From Lingula anatina (Eukaryota > Animalia > Brachiopoda): a stretch of DNA of 64,000 nucleotides. A model generated the notes under the pieces. It ran no database searches and was not told where the DNA came from. It saw only the letters and a list, made by a program, of their open reading frames with translations. The position numbers and the translations under genes were made by a program. Positions 36,983 through 50,075 of this stretch are shown here, in pieces. The DNA is taken from NCBI GenBank assembly GCA_051362555.1, contig CM120643.1:20588848-20652847 (forward strand). The letters run 5' to 3'. Within the stretch, counting starts at the first letter, position 1, and the number at the start of each line of letters is the position of its first letter.

Positions 36983-38918
36983 TCACCTAAAACATAATAA
37001 AAAATTGGATGGCACATTTACTGTAGAATACTAAAATTAATTATTATAATTCTGAGGAAGACATAAATGACATTGAAATTTATTTAAAAAATCATTTTCA
37101 AGAACTTTAAAGAATTTAAGTTAACAATGACATCATCTTATTCAGTGATTCATTGATTGAATATTTTATTTCAGTGCAAGCTTTATAAAACCCAGAATGC
37201 AGTAGGAAACATCTGCCCAGACTTATGTGAGACTTACACACTGAAATATGTCAGCTGCACAAACTATAGGGAGGGGAAGAAGATTCTCATAATGGACTGG
37301 AAAGGGAAAAAGGCAGTCCTTAAAAGTAAATATGCCTTTAAACATGACTATGATGGCCTCTTGTTTGGTGAGGATGTTAACAAGGACCTGGATCTTCCTG
37401 TCAGTGAGTTTCTCAAGATGGCCCAGGAGAGCATCGTGTACAACATTGGTCACAAAATGGAAAGAAACCTGCAAATGCTGACAGATGTTTGGTCTTTAGA
37501 TTTTAAAGATTTCATCAACATGCCAAAATCATCTCACCGCCATCCAAAGAAAACTGCAATGGAGGATCTGTGGGCTCTAATCCAACAACAGGAGTACCTC
37601 TTCATGAAAATTTTCCAGGACAAATCGAAACACATTCCACGCATATACGGCACGTGCGGCCATGCCTACCTGATGGAGCACACGCCCCCTGGTGAGTTTT
37701 TAGATAATGATGTGCCAAGGGTGCCTATGGCTAAGAAAGAAACTTGGAAAAAGAGGGCAAAAATAGCTCTTGGTCTGCTTGATCTCTTGCAGTCATTCCA
37801 GAATGATCTTCCAGAGGAGTTTAACATGTGTGATATCAAAGGGGAAAACTTTGGCCTTGCTGAAGATGAGACCGTAAAAGCAATTGATGTTGATATGGCA
37901 TTTCTTGACTCCAAGCTTGGAATGGAGCTGCTGTCGGTTGGGAACTGTACGGCACACAAAGACTGTGATTTCTTTGACTGTAAGGGCTGGTGTGATCTCT
38001 CTGAAGGCCAGTGCACAAGGAATAGGATTAATAACAATCTACAGGTATGTATTTGATAATCCTGAAACGTATAAAGTACAAACTGAATTCCTAGGTCAAG
38101 TCTTACAAAAGAACTCAAGACTGAAAGGTCCTTATGTTTCAGGTCAGAAGAGAGCAGTTTTCCACTTAAATGCATTCAGTTACCATCTGGTCCAGTGCAA
38201 CCAGGTTTAGGAACTTATTTCTGTGATAGTTGATATTGAATTTCAATTAAAACTTGAAAAGCACTCAGAGAGCACAGACTTCCACCAAGACAAATAGTTG
38301 ACCATTAATTAATAAATGGATCACCACCAAAACCTGATCATTTGTTCCTTGGCCCATTCTGACCTATCCTGAAAATTTCATCAAAATCTGTTCATAACTT
38401 TTTTCATAATGTTGCTAACATACAAACTGACAATAAACCAAGTACCTAACTTGCTAAGAAACTAAACCAAAACATAATCTCCTTGACAGAGGTAATTATC
38501 AGAAAGTTGTAATGACAGTCTTACAGTATATGAATTTAAAGTTAATTTGTTAATTTTTTTATAAAAATCTTTCTTCACATGCTGGTACATGTATAGGGGA
38601 CACTATTGTAAGGCACTGGTACTAGCAATAACAAAATGAGTGTGTTATTTAAAAAACAATTTCCAAAAAATTGCTTTCTGTTACAAATTCACCTTTTTTT
38701 TTCCTCAGGCTGTTTGCAAGGATATCTTCCTGAGTGGACTGGACAACATATGGCACGGCTTGCTCAGCTCTCCACCTCTGTCTATAGAACAGGCCCTGCT
38801 GGAAGAAATAGAGGAGTGTGCAAACCCTGGGAATATCCAACACCCTGATATCAGGTACAAGGCATCTGGTCAGTCTCTGCAGAAAATAAGGACTTTAATC
38901 ATGAAAACCCTTGGGTAG
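36468..38918 (+). CDS. Divergent protein kinase domain 1 (DIPK1/FAM69) family protein, 3 coding exons, 411 aa
   Basis: Exons 36468-36623, 37175-38044, 38709-38918. It has an N-terminal signal-anchor KLVVTLVILAVVTLAMV, a Cys-rich LCKLY..GNICPDLC segment, VLKSK, LWALIQQQEYL, PRIYGTCGHAY, CDIKGENFG, AIDVDM, CTAHKDCDFFDC and NNNLQAVCKDIF. The paralogue (1A/1B/1C) cannot be assigned. Confidence 0.9.
38251..38495 (+). mobile_element. Short HINE-like element, copy 3 (DIPK1 last intron)
   Basis: aacttgaaaagcactcagagagcacagacttccaccaag ... ggatcaccaccaaaacctgatcatttgttcc ... aaaacataatctccttgacagaggtaa. Confidence 0.7.
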
Positions 38919-40177
38919 TCAGCAATATTTGTAAGTGCAAATCTGGAACTGATTCCAGGGTGCAATGTATTGACGAAGATGGAGATAGTGCCAGACTACT
39001 TAATTTGATAAATTGGCAAAAAAATCTTGTAGAGAAGTGGTTTATATTGAGAGAATTGGTTATTGTTTATTAAATGATGATCCAAGAACAGAACTGAATA
39101 TTTGACAGCTTTTTGCTGCTTAGTTTTACAAAATACCAATGAGAACCGGCAGGTTCAATCTGGAAGAATTTTTTTTCAGGTTAAAATATGACATGTGCTG
39201 TTCACAAGATTTAAATTGAGTGCCATATAACCTGTGGTTTAAATTTGAATTAAGGGAGTAAAGATCAGATAGGTGCTTATATGTATTTTCAGTGATTGCA
39301 GAATTGCATAAAATGCTTCAAGATTTTAATTTTTTTTAATGTGCAATTACTCTATGGACATTTATGTGCAAACTGATGAACCTAAAATTTGAAATGTGAT
39401 TAATGTTTGTATATTGTTTTTCTTAAGGGAATATAGACATTGTGTATATATGTGAATATACAATTAGGCTAGACCTTAAAAACCTCTATGCAACCCAATT
39501 TTATACCAGTATTTGCCAGATATGCAAGTAGGACAGTATTTTTATTACTCTTTTACATGTACATAATTTTAGATGTTTTAATCATTCTGAATTTTACCAA
39601 GTCATTAATGTGAAATTCCCTATAACCAAATGATGAATTTGAGGAAAATTTCCTGAAAGGTTGTTCTATGTGATTCAGCAGCCTACATGTAGCTTCATGT
39701 ACCAGAATTATGCAACTTCCATATTTTAACATTGTAACTGTACATTTATATGAATGCAGAAATAAATAAACCACGCTAAGTGCCTTTAAATCAATTGAAT
39801 TATAATTGGCAATCAAGTAGATATATATTTTTGTCTTGAAGTATTTTTGTTTGCAAAAAAACGCCCCCCCCCCCCTTCCCCCTCCAACCCATCATTATTA
39901 CCGGGAAGCGTAAAACAAGTGTAATCTAATGTAATTGCGATGGGTGGGCCCCAAAAATCTCAACTGTAACATTCATGCGCTGTGAAAACGCTTGGACAGC
40001 ACTGGACAGTTCTGAAAGGTTCAGTCACGACTTCTGAGTTGCAACAATCGCCAATCATATATCTGGTTGTATTTAATTCCTTTTGATTTTTAATACCAAA
40101 TAAGAGCCGGAAAAGAAGTAAATATATCCAACACTGGATCCCGCTAAGTGATAATCCGTTCAAAGCCAATTTTACTT

Positions 40178-40335
40178 GGGGCCGTAGCAATAGTCCGAAG
40201 GTTCATTGGTCCGAATATTCACTATAGAACCTTCGGACCAATGAACCCTTGATTAAAAAATCGATGAAAATGTTACCACTTTTCGGACCAATGAACCTTC
40301 GGACCAATGAACCTTCGGACTATCGAGACGCCCCC
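40178..40335. mobile_element. MITE with subterminal 16-bp repeats, 8-bp TSD ttttactt
   Basis: Ends ggggccgtagcaatagtccgaaggttcattggtccgaa / (ttcggaccaatgaacc)n ttcggactatcgagacgccccc, with ttttactt on both flanks. Confidence 0.8.
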
Positions 40336-40370
40336 TTTTACTTTATTCATATATTTAATCACGCCTTCTA

Positions 40371-40372
<2 letters not shown>

Positions 40373-40429
<57 letters not shown>
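40373..40429. repeat. (CT)n(GT)n compound microsatellite
   Basis: Direct reading. Confidence 0.95.
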
Positions 40430-40431
<2 letters not shown>

Positions 40432-43400
40432 TGTAAAGGAAGTCTCCTAGCTTGGTCTTGAACTACGCTTTTTTTCGCCCAATGAAGTTAAAAGGGTTGG
40501 CACATATAATTTATAAATGTACTTGTAGGTGCAATGGTTATCAACCACAAAACTCTGGGTTCAGTTATTAGTCGAGTTCCCGGATGACACGGTAAAGATC
40601 ATGTGGGCAGTCCACAAACTGTAGGCCAACTACAATTCCGCTTCGTTAAGTCACAAGTAATATGACTTTAAACCTGTCACCTGTACCCACCCTGCGTTTC
40701 AGCGGTCACTGGACGACTGGGAACTTGCCTCACCGCTATTGTTTTGGGAGGCGCATACCTATGATCTAATCGTGAGTTTCCAGTGACCTTTGCAACTCGG
40801 GGTGTCTTTTCACGCCATGCAACTCGATCTCTAAGTAAACGCTCAAATGTATAACTTCCGATCCAAATAATGTGGCATTGAATTTGCAGTGTGTGTAAAT
40901 CAAGAAGCTCCATGCAAATACAGCGCGATTTGCACGGCTGATTAAGCCGATGTCCGTAAGTTGTTTCTGAAATCTTTGTTGACTTGACTGGGAATTGGTT
41001 CATTTCGACTCCTGTTCTGTTGTGAGTAAAGGGGCACTGCCTCAAGGGGTCCAGATCTGTCTCTAGCTGCGATCGGCCTAGGGGAATTTGAGACTGGAAT
41101 TCGGTCTTAAATGTGCTAGAACCACCTGGAACTGTTCCCTCGAAGCCATATATTTTTCTTTTAATAGTTGTAACAGTGATATTATACACTTAAACGTTAA
41201 TTGTGCATTTTTGATGAAGTCTCAGCAAACGAACCACATAGACTGAAGAGTCAACGGAGGTTTCGTTGAATCGTGCTATTAAAGGTGCAACAGTTTTTCC
41301 CCGTCTGGCATGGTCTTGTAGCAGGTGATGACAGTTTACGTGCCCCTGCGCCCGGTTGACAATGGTCCTTGTCTGAACGCAAGTGTCACTTAGGATGGCT
41401 AACACGAAAAAAGCACACTATTCAAGTTAAGATCTTGGGCCGGTTTCGAAAAGGAACTTTAGCCCAAAATAACTCTAAACATTTAGACCATAATTTCAGT
41501 CTACTAAGAATAAAGTTAAATATATAGCAGTCCAATCAAATGAAATATAGCTCCCTTATAATAACAAGAATTACATGGCTAATGTTTGAAATTTATGTGT
41601 ATTTTATTCAAGTGGATTTCTTTGAATTTAACTCCATGTTAAGTAGGCCAATATTTTTGCTCTAAGAGTTTTATTTCGTGAAAACTTCAACCCGAACGTT
41701 CTTATGTGATTTTTTTTTTTTTTTGATAGTCTTGTGTATAAATATTACATGAGATCAAACGTGACCAGTTGATTTAAATATTAGGCCAAGTAAGATATTG
41801 TACACGTGCTGGAAAAATTGGAATCGGTAGGTAGTCAAATCAATACACTTTTGTTGACGTGTAGCATCAGTCGATTTCCATATTTTTATGAGAGTTAAGA
41901 TGGAACTCTTGACAACATCGAATTCACTGAGTGACTACAGTTGGGGAACCCCGAATATTTGTATTTTTAACTGGGGCATTCATGTGTTCTTAGAATGATT
42001 AAAGATAACGAAGCATTCAATTATTGATCTTAAAGTTTCTTTTCAACATAAAATAGTCATGCTCGTTTTCTTGTAAATTGGAGAAATAAAATCCGAATTA
42101 AATAATATTGTTACTTTGATAATCTACCCTTCTTTAAGAAAAGGACAGAAGAAAGGCTTAAGTGCCACTAGCTTTCAAGTGAGAAACCTTGACTTCGGGG
42201 CATCTAAACATGAATCTGGCTCTTCTTCAAGACTACCCGCAGCGCCAATGAAGTTTACAGAGAGAAAATCTGCTCAGAAATTTGTTTTAAAAAAAGTAAA
42301 GGGCAGGAACACTTGACCCTCTTGATAGCGGGACTCCTTGCCTGCAGCTTACGCGCTGACTAGTGCACAAGAGAATTTTACAACAGAGTATATATTTTTA
42401 ATTTTTCTTCACTGCTTTCGAGATAATCTTTTTGTCGTTGCTCTAAAACAAATAGAACTAAGAGCTAATCTTGATTTCTTTCTTACTTCAAATTTTCTCA
42501 AATCCAAAAAACAAATGCATTCAAAACATTCCGCATTATCAGCACTGCACTTGAACACAGCAGTTCATTCATCGTAAAAGTAGAGGAGGCGTTGAAGCAA
42601 ATATGCTTTGGTATAGGGTATTTTCAGTGTTTTTAGTACCCCTCCCGGTTTTGCACTGAAGTTAATTAATTCTCTCCCATTGTGCCTAAATTCCGAGCAG
42701 GGGTCGAGGACACAGAACAACGACGAAGCATTGTGTCCTTCCAGTAAAAATAAAGCCTGGAAAAGCCTGGATTCGGAGGGTTAGGAAAAATCTACCCAGT
42801 TGCACTCGGGGAGAACAAGCAAAGAAGTTTTCAGCTTAAGAAGAGAAAATATTTACACCACACAAACACGAGTTGAATTCACTGTTGAAAGTTGGCCATG
42901 CGTCGGTCGCAGTGTATACAATGACGGTTGGGTGTCACTGACTGCAGCTGCAATTGCGACATTGTCCAAAGCGTAGACGCCGAGGTTGTGTCGCATTAAA
43001 ACAGAAACTACAGAGACAGGTAGACCTACTTGAGAGAGAGACACTGCGGGGAGATCGGCCACAGTGTGATTGGGATTGATCTGCCACTTGGAACTGTTTA
43101 AACGTTTGTCTTTATCATCAAACGTGTTTGCCTGGACCATTGCAAAGTGTGAAAATTCATTTCTCGATCACGTTTCCTGCGCCAAACTTTGAAGTCACTT
43201 AAAGAAATCCCATACGTAATTTGGGAGCAACGGTGCCACTGGGATCAAACCACGGCGGTGTCGATGTTCTCATTGTTTAATGACAGCTTCAGTGATTAAG
43301 TGACAATATACACCCGGTTTAAGTTGCGACGTTCATGGACGACTGATCATATTCACACCTGCTAGTACAGTTAAAATAACACAAGCGCAGCGTTTCACCT

Positions 43401-43951
43401 TGTCGGACGCCAGAGAAAGAGAGAGAGAAGGAAATTGAGAGAAGGAGAGAGGTATCAAGTCATCATGTAAGTACTTGCAGCTTATCTCGTAAGAAACCCC
43501 TTATTGATTCACTCTCTAGTTTACGGCATCAACATATGAATCGCGCCCCCACCTCGTCGCAATTTGTTAGGCGGTTAAAAAGCCGTAAAACTTTCTCGGT
43601 GAAACAGTATGACAGGTAGCGCGCTTGGTTCCGCTTTGTGTGGATTCCCAGGTTCGAGTTGTACGTCTTTCAGTGAGACACAAGATGCATGATTCAGAAT
43701 AAGGAGCCAATATGCACCGCTTATACTGCGTCCTAGTTCAGAATGATCTGTAGGCATTATATGAAAGCAAGTTTTGTGATATCATACCATCTCGCACTGA
43801 TACAGGGTTTACAGGTTACTTCGAAGGCTGACACAGGTAGCATATGAGGGAGGTTTGTGAGGATCATTATTTGTCCATTCCCGATACCCCCCTCCCTCAT
43901 GTCCCGCCAGTGTAGCTATTTCGCTTATCACAGTGACGTCCTCATTAACTG

Positions 43952-44127
43952 CAGGTCCGTGGCCATCAATTTCAAATGGGGGGGGGGGGGGGGGTACTTT
44001 TCTGACAAAGTGGACCTTTTCCGTGAAACCATCGTGTACTTAGCTAAAAATTTTACTTAGAGCGGGTCGTTTCCCGTCAAAAAGTTCGGTTCGTTCAACT
44101 CCCCGAACCTCCCTGGCTACCGACCTG
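43952..44127. mobile_element. GC-rich MITE, 5-bp TSD aactg (inverted relative of 35755-35922)
   Basis: TIR caggtccgtggcca / tggctaccgacctg with aactg flanks. The internal gtggaccttt...tgtacttag is the reverse complement of the 35755 copy. Confidence 0.8.
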
Positions 44128-44199
44128 AACTGTAAGAAGTTGCTACACAGATGATTACATGCTTTTGTACTACACCTTAAATATTTGCAAGGAATCTAA

Positions 44200-44414
44200 G
44201 ACCCCATTCCCATAAATATTTAGATCGATCTATCCCCTGGGGAGTCTCACTAGATTGGTGTCAGATTAACAGGCTTAAATGTCTGTCCCGCCTACTAAAA
44301 GCTGTAAGGGGGTAATTAACTATGGTGTGCGCTCGACTGACAGCAATTTAGCGTGAACCCCCAGGGAGTTAGGTCGATCCGGACGGATCGATCTAAATCT
44401 CTGGGAATGCAGTC
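44200..44414. mobile_element. PIF/Harbinger-type MITE (215 bp), TAA TSD
   Basis: TIR gaccccattccca..atttagatcgatc / gatcgatctaaat..tgggaatgcagtc, with taa on both flanks. Confidence 0.75.
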
Positions 44415-45095
44415 TAAGAAGTGAAATCGAGATCGGCATGGCATTATGCAGACTTTGGTTTACTTAATTGCAGTGTTATATATAGGCCTATATTTCAATG
44501 TGACAATGCATTTTAAGTTGGAGTCAATTTTATTTTTACTACGCTAGGTTTTTGACAGTTTTGTCTGTGAGCACTGCTGTGGGTTTGTGCATTCTATCAC
44601 GGACAAGTCATCTACTCGAGCTGGCAGCATGAAATGTGCCTGATCTATTCAATCAATTGTTTACGCATGCACCGTACACACCGTGTACTCAGCGTGATTT
44701 TATTGCCTTTATCAACAAGTGTATATATGCTCATACGGCATAAAAACGACCCAAAGAAAACCTGCTGTAGTGTCTTGCCAATTAAGAGTTCAGTTTTATT
44801 GAACTACTAAAGTCACCGCGGTCAGTGGTCTCCAGGGTTTTTTTTTTTTTTTTTTTTTTTTTTTTGCCCAGGACAATTCTGCAAATCATCTGCATGTATG
44901 TGCCTCTTGTGACCATCATGTATTGACTTGACAAATTCCAAGATGTGCAGATAAGGAAAAAATTCACGACGCAAAATTTACATTCCCCTAAATGTACTTT
45001 GTAGTATTCAAACGGAGAACTCAGCGAACGATAGAACTCCGTAACGAGTTGTTTTAGCCACGAGTCGAAAGGCCTCGTGAAATAGCGTTCCGGTG

Positions 45096-45245
45096 CAGGG
45101 CCGTAGCCTCCGGGGGGGCAGGGGGGGGGCAGCTGCCCCCCCTGGAATTTGGAATTTTACACACCACACCCACCCCCCTCGGTAGCTTCGCCCCTTTGTG
45201 TCCGCTTACTGCCCCCCCTGGCATTTTGCTTAGGCTACGGCCCTG
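45096..45245. mobile_element. GC-rich MITE (150 bp), 5-bp TSD cggtg
   Basis: Perfect TIR cagggccgtagcct / aggctacggccctg with cggtg flanks. Confidence 0.88.
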
Positions 45246-45409
45246 CGGTGTGACAGGAATGGTAGTCCGCAAGGAACATACACGTAAGTCAATATCCCAT
45301 TATTATGAACAGGTAACATTCGTCCTATATATTAACCCCAATACTCCGACTTACCCTAACCTGTACTAATCTTAGGACCTCGGGTTTCCATTCATAGGAC
45401 TACCATTCC

Positions 45410-45850
45410 TGTCACACCGGCGTTCTCCGAGACCCAAAAAGATGTGTGATATCTCCATGCTTTTCTCTCTTTTTACCCATGGCTACGTGGCAAATATTCA
45501 AGGTGTATTTTGATGAAATATGCAGATGATATCGATACCACACTATAGTTGGTCTTACAACGAGAATGAAGAGAGTAACTAGAGAGAGAATTGACTCAGT
45601 TCTGGAGTGGTGTGATGGAAACAACTTGGTTTTAAATGCTAGCAAAACAAGTGTTAGTGGTGGTCTTAAGTTACCATTTTTTATTAAAGATATCAAGTTA
45701 CAAATGGTTGGTGAGTTTATAGATTAGCAGAGCTTGTCTAGAGTAGGTTATTGCTAAAAGAAAGAACGCGAATAAACGTCACGGCCCGCAGTGCTGTCTC
45801 ATACAAAGCAAAAGCAAGGGTCTTTTTCACATTAGAGTTTTAGTTACTCT
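45410..45850 (+). mobile_element. Decayed LINE reverse transcriptase fragment (Rex1/Babar- or L2-like)
   Basis: Frameshifted translation PKRCVISP..FSL...LMKYADD (YADD at 45519-45530)...TIVGL..NENEES..RERIDSVLEWCDGNNLVLNASKT resembles RT motifs PQGCVLSP, KFADDTTVVGL and WCxxNNLxLNxSKT. Confidence 0.8.
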
Positions 45851-46747
45851 GATCCAAGATTAATAAAGAGTGATACAACTAGAAAAAAATGCTGTGAATA
45901 TTTTACGAAGCATAACTAGGCAGAACTGATGAGTGTTTTAGACCAACGTTTACTTATTTTAGTGATGAACCTCCATGAATTTATCTTAAACTGAAGCAAC
46001 AGACCAATGCGATGCTTTGGTCTAAAAGTTAAAACGGATGTATTAGACTATTTCTAATTTAACGAAAAGGCTGGCAACGCTGGACTATTTCAAATGCTAA
46101 CTGGATTAGTTAAATTCGCCTGTCACGTGACCCACATGTAGCTCCCGCCCGTTTCGAAATACACGTGAGACACGATGGTGGTTATCACTGAGCTTATATG
46201 CTATTTAGGTAAGTAAATATGGATCACATAATGCCGTACTTAGGGCGCTTGAGACTACAAAATAATAGAAATAAATTCTAAAGTACATTTTGAACGCTAG
46301 TTGAGAATATAATGGTTTTGTTCTTGAATGCAGAATACTCACACGAATCAACTGATATAAATGGCAAATTGATGCACATGCACACACGCGCACACGCACA
46401 CATACACTTTAGTATAAACTAATAAAGATTCTAACCAAACCCCCGAGGGTGTCGATTGTAAAAAATGGCTGTTTAAAGGAACCGACAGCAATGCAACATT
46501 CACTTGGCATGTTTTTTTTTCATCATATTTTTTCATCAATTTTATTTTGCTTCTGCAATTAATACCCTTTTATTCTGAATCGTATTTTGAGTTGGAGTAA
46601 CTGAGTTCAATAACCTCTTGAGAGGGTATTAATCAAAGTTGCGCAAAAAAAAATTGAATGGGCGCATCCCCCTGAAATAATTAGGTCGTCTCAAGTTACA
46701 CTGAAGCCTTTTTATTAGCAGCCAACGTTAAAATTGCGTAATTCCGT

Positions 46748-47085
46748 CTTTGTCGCCAAAAGAAAAGAAAAATGCTTTCTTCGCCAGCTCGTCCTAAAAG
46801 GATGTTTTTCCTTCTTAATTTCACTTACGTCATGACGTCTAACCAAAAATTGGAGATAAAATATTTCCTTTGAATTGTGTTTTTAAGGTAAACTTTACAA
46901 CATATACACACTGGAGGATGCGCGTCTGCCTTTGTTGTCAAAAGAAAAAATGCATACTTCGCCAGCTCGTTTTAAAAGGAAGATTTTCCTTCTTAATTTC
47001 ACTGACGTCATGACGTTTTACAAATAATTGGAGAAATAAGATTTCCCTTGAACTGCGTTTTTAAAGTAAACTTCAAAACTGATAT
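46748..47085. repeat. Diverged ~183-bp direct repeat (2 copies) containing CRE-like palindromes
   Basis: cttcgccagctcgt..taaaagga..tttccttcttaatttcact(t/g)acgtcatgacgt is repeated. A perfect TGACGTCA lies at 47003-47010. Confidence 0.8.
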
Positions 47086-47302
47086 ACATAACCGAGTGGA
47101 TGAGCGGTTTCTTTTGGGGTATCAGAGGTATAAAACGCACTATTTCTGCCAAGAACTGAACCAACAACTTTATCCGCTTGCTCTGCGAAAGACCCTAAAT
47201 AAGGACGTGTCCAAAATGCGTTTTTTTCTTTATTGTCCCTTGAACCAAAATGTGAAACTTTATTTACAACTTTAAAGAGGATAAGTGACAAAGAGGCTGT
47301 GA

Positions 47303-47343
<41 letters not shown>

Positions 47344-49849
47344 GATTTCCGTTGAATGATATAATAAGGGATGTATAACCCTGATATCTTAGCCATTATA
47401 ACAGCAGAGTATTGCTGACCCTTATGCAATGTGAGCGTGTTGGAATTTAAGATTACCCGATTGCGAAAAGTTTGTCATTAAAAGAATTACTGTAAAACCC
47501 TATTTAAACACAGAGATTTGTAAGCTTCACTCCGTACTCCGTAAGCGACAATTTACTTGCCCAATGCAAATTAGACTTGAGGAAGAAAATGTGTGATATG
47601 CCACGAATACTGAATACTTACCGGACTGTTAATTTCCCATCATGGTATGTTGATTTCTTAAACCGCGTTTGCCGCGAAATTTAAAGGAAGTACGGTATTA
47701 TTCAATTCAAACGACATTTCCTATTTGGATACTTCGTAAACTCGGGTGCAGAGCTCGGTGAAGTGTTTGCTAACAAATTTCACTGTTCTTAAAACGGTGG
47801 CAGCTCTCTCCGTTGGTCAGGGCAGAATAAACATTGAGTGAGCCGAGAGTCTGCACTGAGTGTGAGAATGAGACTGAATTAGGCTAAACGTACGAAATAT
47901 TTAGTTGAGCTCGACGGTTCATCAGATAATATCCGCAAGTCAAATGAAAACCAAGTATATATAAACATTAATTTTTTTTCCACGATCTCACAGTGCCTAA
48001 TTAAATTAGAATCGGTTTTCGAATGAGCTGAATTTACTGGGTATGCGTTCATACAAATCTTGTTTGAATATCGCCCCATTAAGCAAATTTCGCTTCACAA
48101 ATTATGGAAGCGCTTAGGAAGATGAAGCTTTTAACGAAAGATAGCTCACAGAAATCGGCTAACCACGTTCATAGATGATTTTTACAAAATTAAAACCATA
48201 CAATACACATTAGACCTTACATAGCAAAACAACAAAAAATGAACAAAATACTAGAAAATTCAAACATTTTCCAAAGCAGTTGAGAAATTAAAGATAAAAA
48301 CTCTCAACATCGAGCTCTTATTTTCTTATTTTTTACTGTTATAAGTAAAGTTCAACAGACTTTGTCTCCATTTCAACAGTGGGTAATAAAACGCTGAACG
48401 TGTGATACTAATATAAACGTTTATGTTTACGCTTCTACTGTATATTGATTGAACTTTGCCAGGAAGGCGATCCACAGAACACGTTTTATTGTTAAAAGAT
48501 GCTATTTAGGCCATAACAGTTAATAAGTGCTAAGATGTATACGAACGCACTGATTGTGTTAATTGTTCATTGAAGAAGATCAAGTGAATTGTGTCCTTGG
48601 AGCCGTTTGGTAAGTTGTGCATTGATTGTATAGTGAATGTGACAAGGCCAATAAATCGTTCTTAAGGTAATTGTTGAATTCATTCTTTATTATATACTCG
48701 TGCTATCATTTTTCATTCACTCAATTAGTGTTATGAATGATGTTTATGCCAAGTCATTTTGCTCTTCTTTGCAAGACCACTTTGTCTCCTTTGTACTTAC
48801 TTCTCAGGGTAACCCACGTTGTACCGAACACGTGTTTATATCAAAACATCTTGCTAAGCTTTCTTCATAAATATTGTAAACTTCCAGCCTGCTTCTACTT
48901 TCCTCATTTTTTTTATCCCAGACAAGTACAAACTGGCCGGGGAGTTATATAGTTGATTTTGTGATTTTGATCATGATTGTAATTTTGCAAAAAAAAAAAT
49001 GGATTTGATCTTGCCTTGCAATAGACGTGCTCCAAATACCAAATTATGGGTCTGACACAAAGGATAGAACGGCCTAAAACATGGTAGGCCACCTACTCGT
49101 GCAACATGAATACACGGTGAGCAAGAGATCTCAACCAACTCCTAACCAAACAACTCTCAACGTTTTTCTTCTCTATCTCTTTTGTTCAGGTTCTTCACAA
49201 AGGGTGTTCAAATCTGTTTACTCTAAGTGGAAAATTGCGAAATTGTTTTGAGGTACTTTTGATGGAGAAATGACACCTTTAAAAATTGCTCCTCTTTGTG
49301 CACAGATTCCTTTCCATATAGGAACAGGTGCTCTTAAAATCCAACTGTTTAACCGTTTGGACCATATTGTTATTTAGTTCAGATGGCTTCATGCCAGAAT
49401 TTGAAACTTCCCTACCGATGGGTAATAACTTTTAGGCAGATTATGAAAACACTAATGGCCTCTGCATGGATTATTGCAGTCAACCTTCACGTTGCTGTGT
49501 AACTATATTCCAGGTGGTTTAATCTTAAAATACTTTCATTCCAAAGCACGACTGTACAAACGAGTATTGTCCGGGGGGGGGGGGGGGGGTCTGTTCTAAG
49601 AAAGATGGCACAATCACCCCAGTGGTAAATGCGAGCCAGAAACTGCCCTGTTGTAAGACAAATAAGTGGTCGATGATTAATTACATTGCTCTCTCGGGCA
49701 ATCAACCTACCATAAGAATCACCAGAAATCATGCTGTTTTCTTTGAACTCAAAACATTACAGCGATAAAGGGCACTCGGTTAAATACATTACGCTGTTAT
49801 CAGGTGGAATACGAATAGCTCGGAAAGAGAGAAGATATTCCTGGAGTTG

Positions 49850-50075
49850 TTCTAGTCAATACATACCAGTATCTAGTCAACACATACCAGTATCTAGTCA
49901 ATACCGTACCAGCACCTAGTGAAAACCGTTACCATCACCAATATATACCGTGCCAGCAGCTTCTGTTCTATACAGGACCGTACCAATACCTAGATTTAGG
50001 TGCCAGCACCTACATATGGTCTACAGGACCCTACCAATACCTAGATTTAGGTGCCAGCACCTACATATGGTCTAC
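49850..50075. repeat. Short tandem duplications (21-bp x3; 51-bp x2)
   Basis: ctagtcaa(t/c)acataccagtat repeats, and tacaggacc(g/c)taccaatacctagatttaggtgccagcacctacatatggtc at 49971 and 50022. Confidence 0.85.

Noticed and set aside
37666-38175. 169-aa antisense ORF
   Set aside because: It is a shadow of the DIPK1 coding exon on the opposite strand and has no recognisable domain.
40677-41405. 170-aa and 71-aa minus-strand ORFs in intergenic DNA
   Set aside because: No recognisable motif and no supported splice structure. A BLASTX hit or transcript evidence would be needed.
47642-47650. ATG|gtatgt as the coding first exon of the transporter
   Set aside because: Splicing to 61241 puts this ATG out of frame and it soon reaches TGA, so it is at most a uORF or UTR exon.
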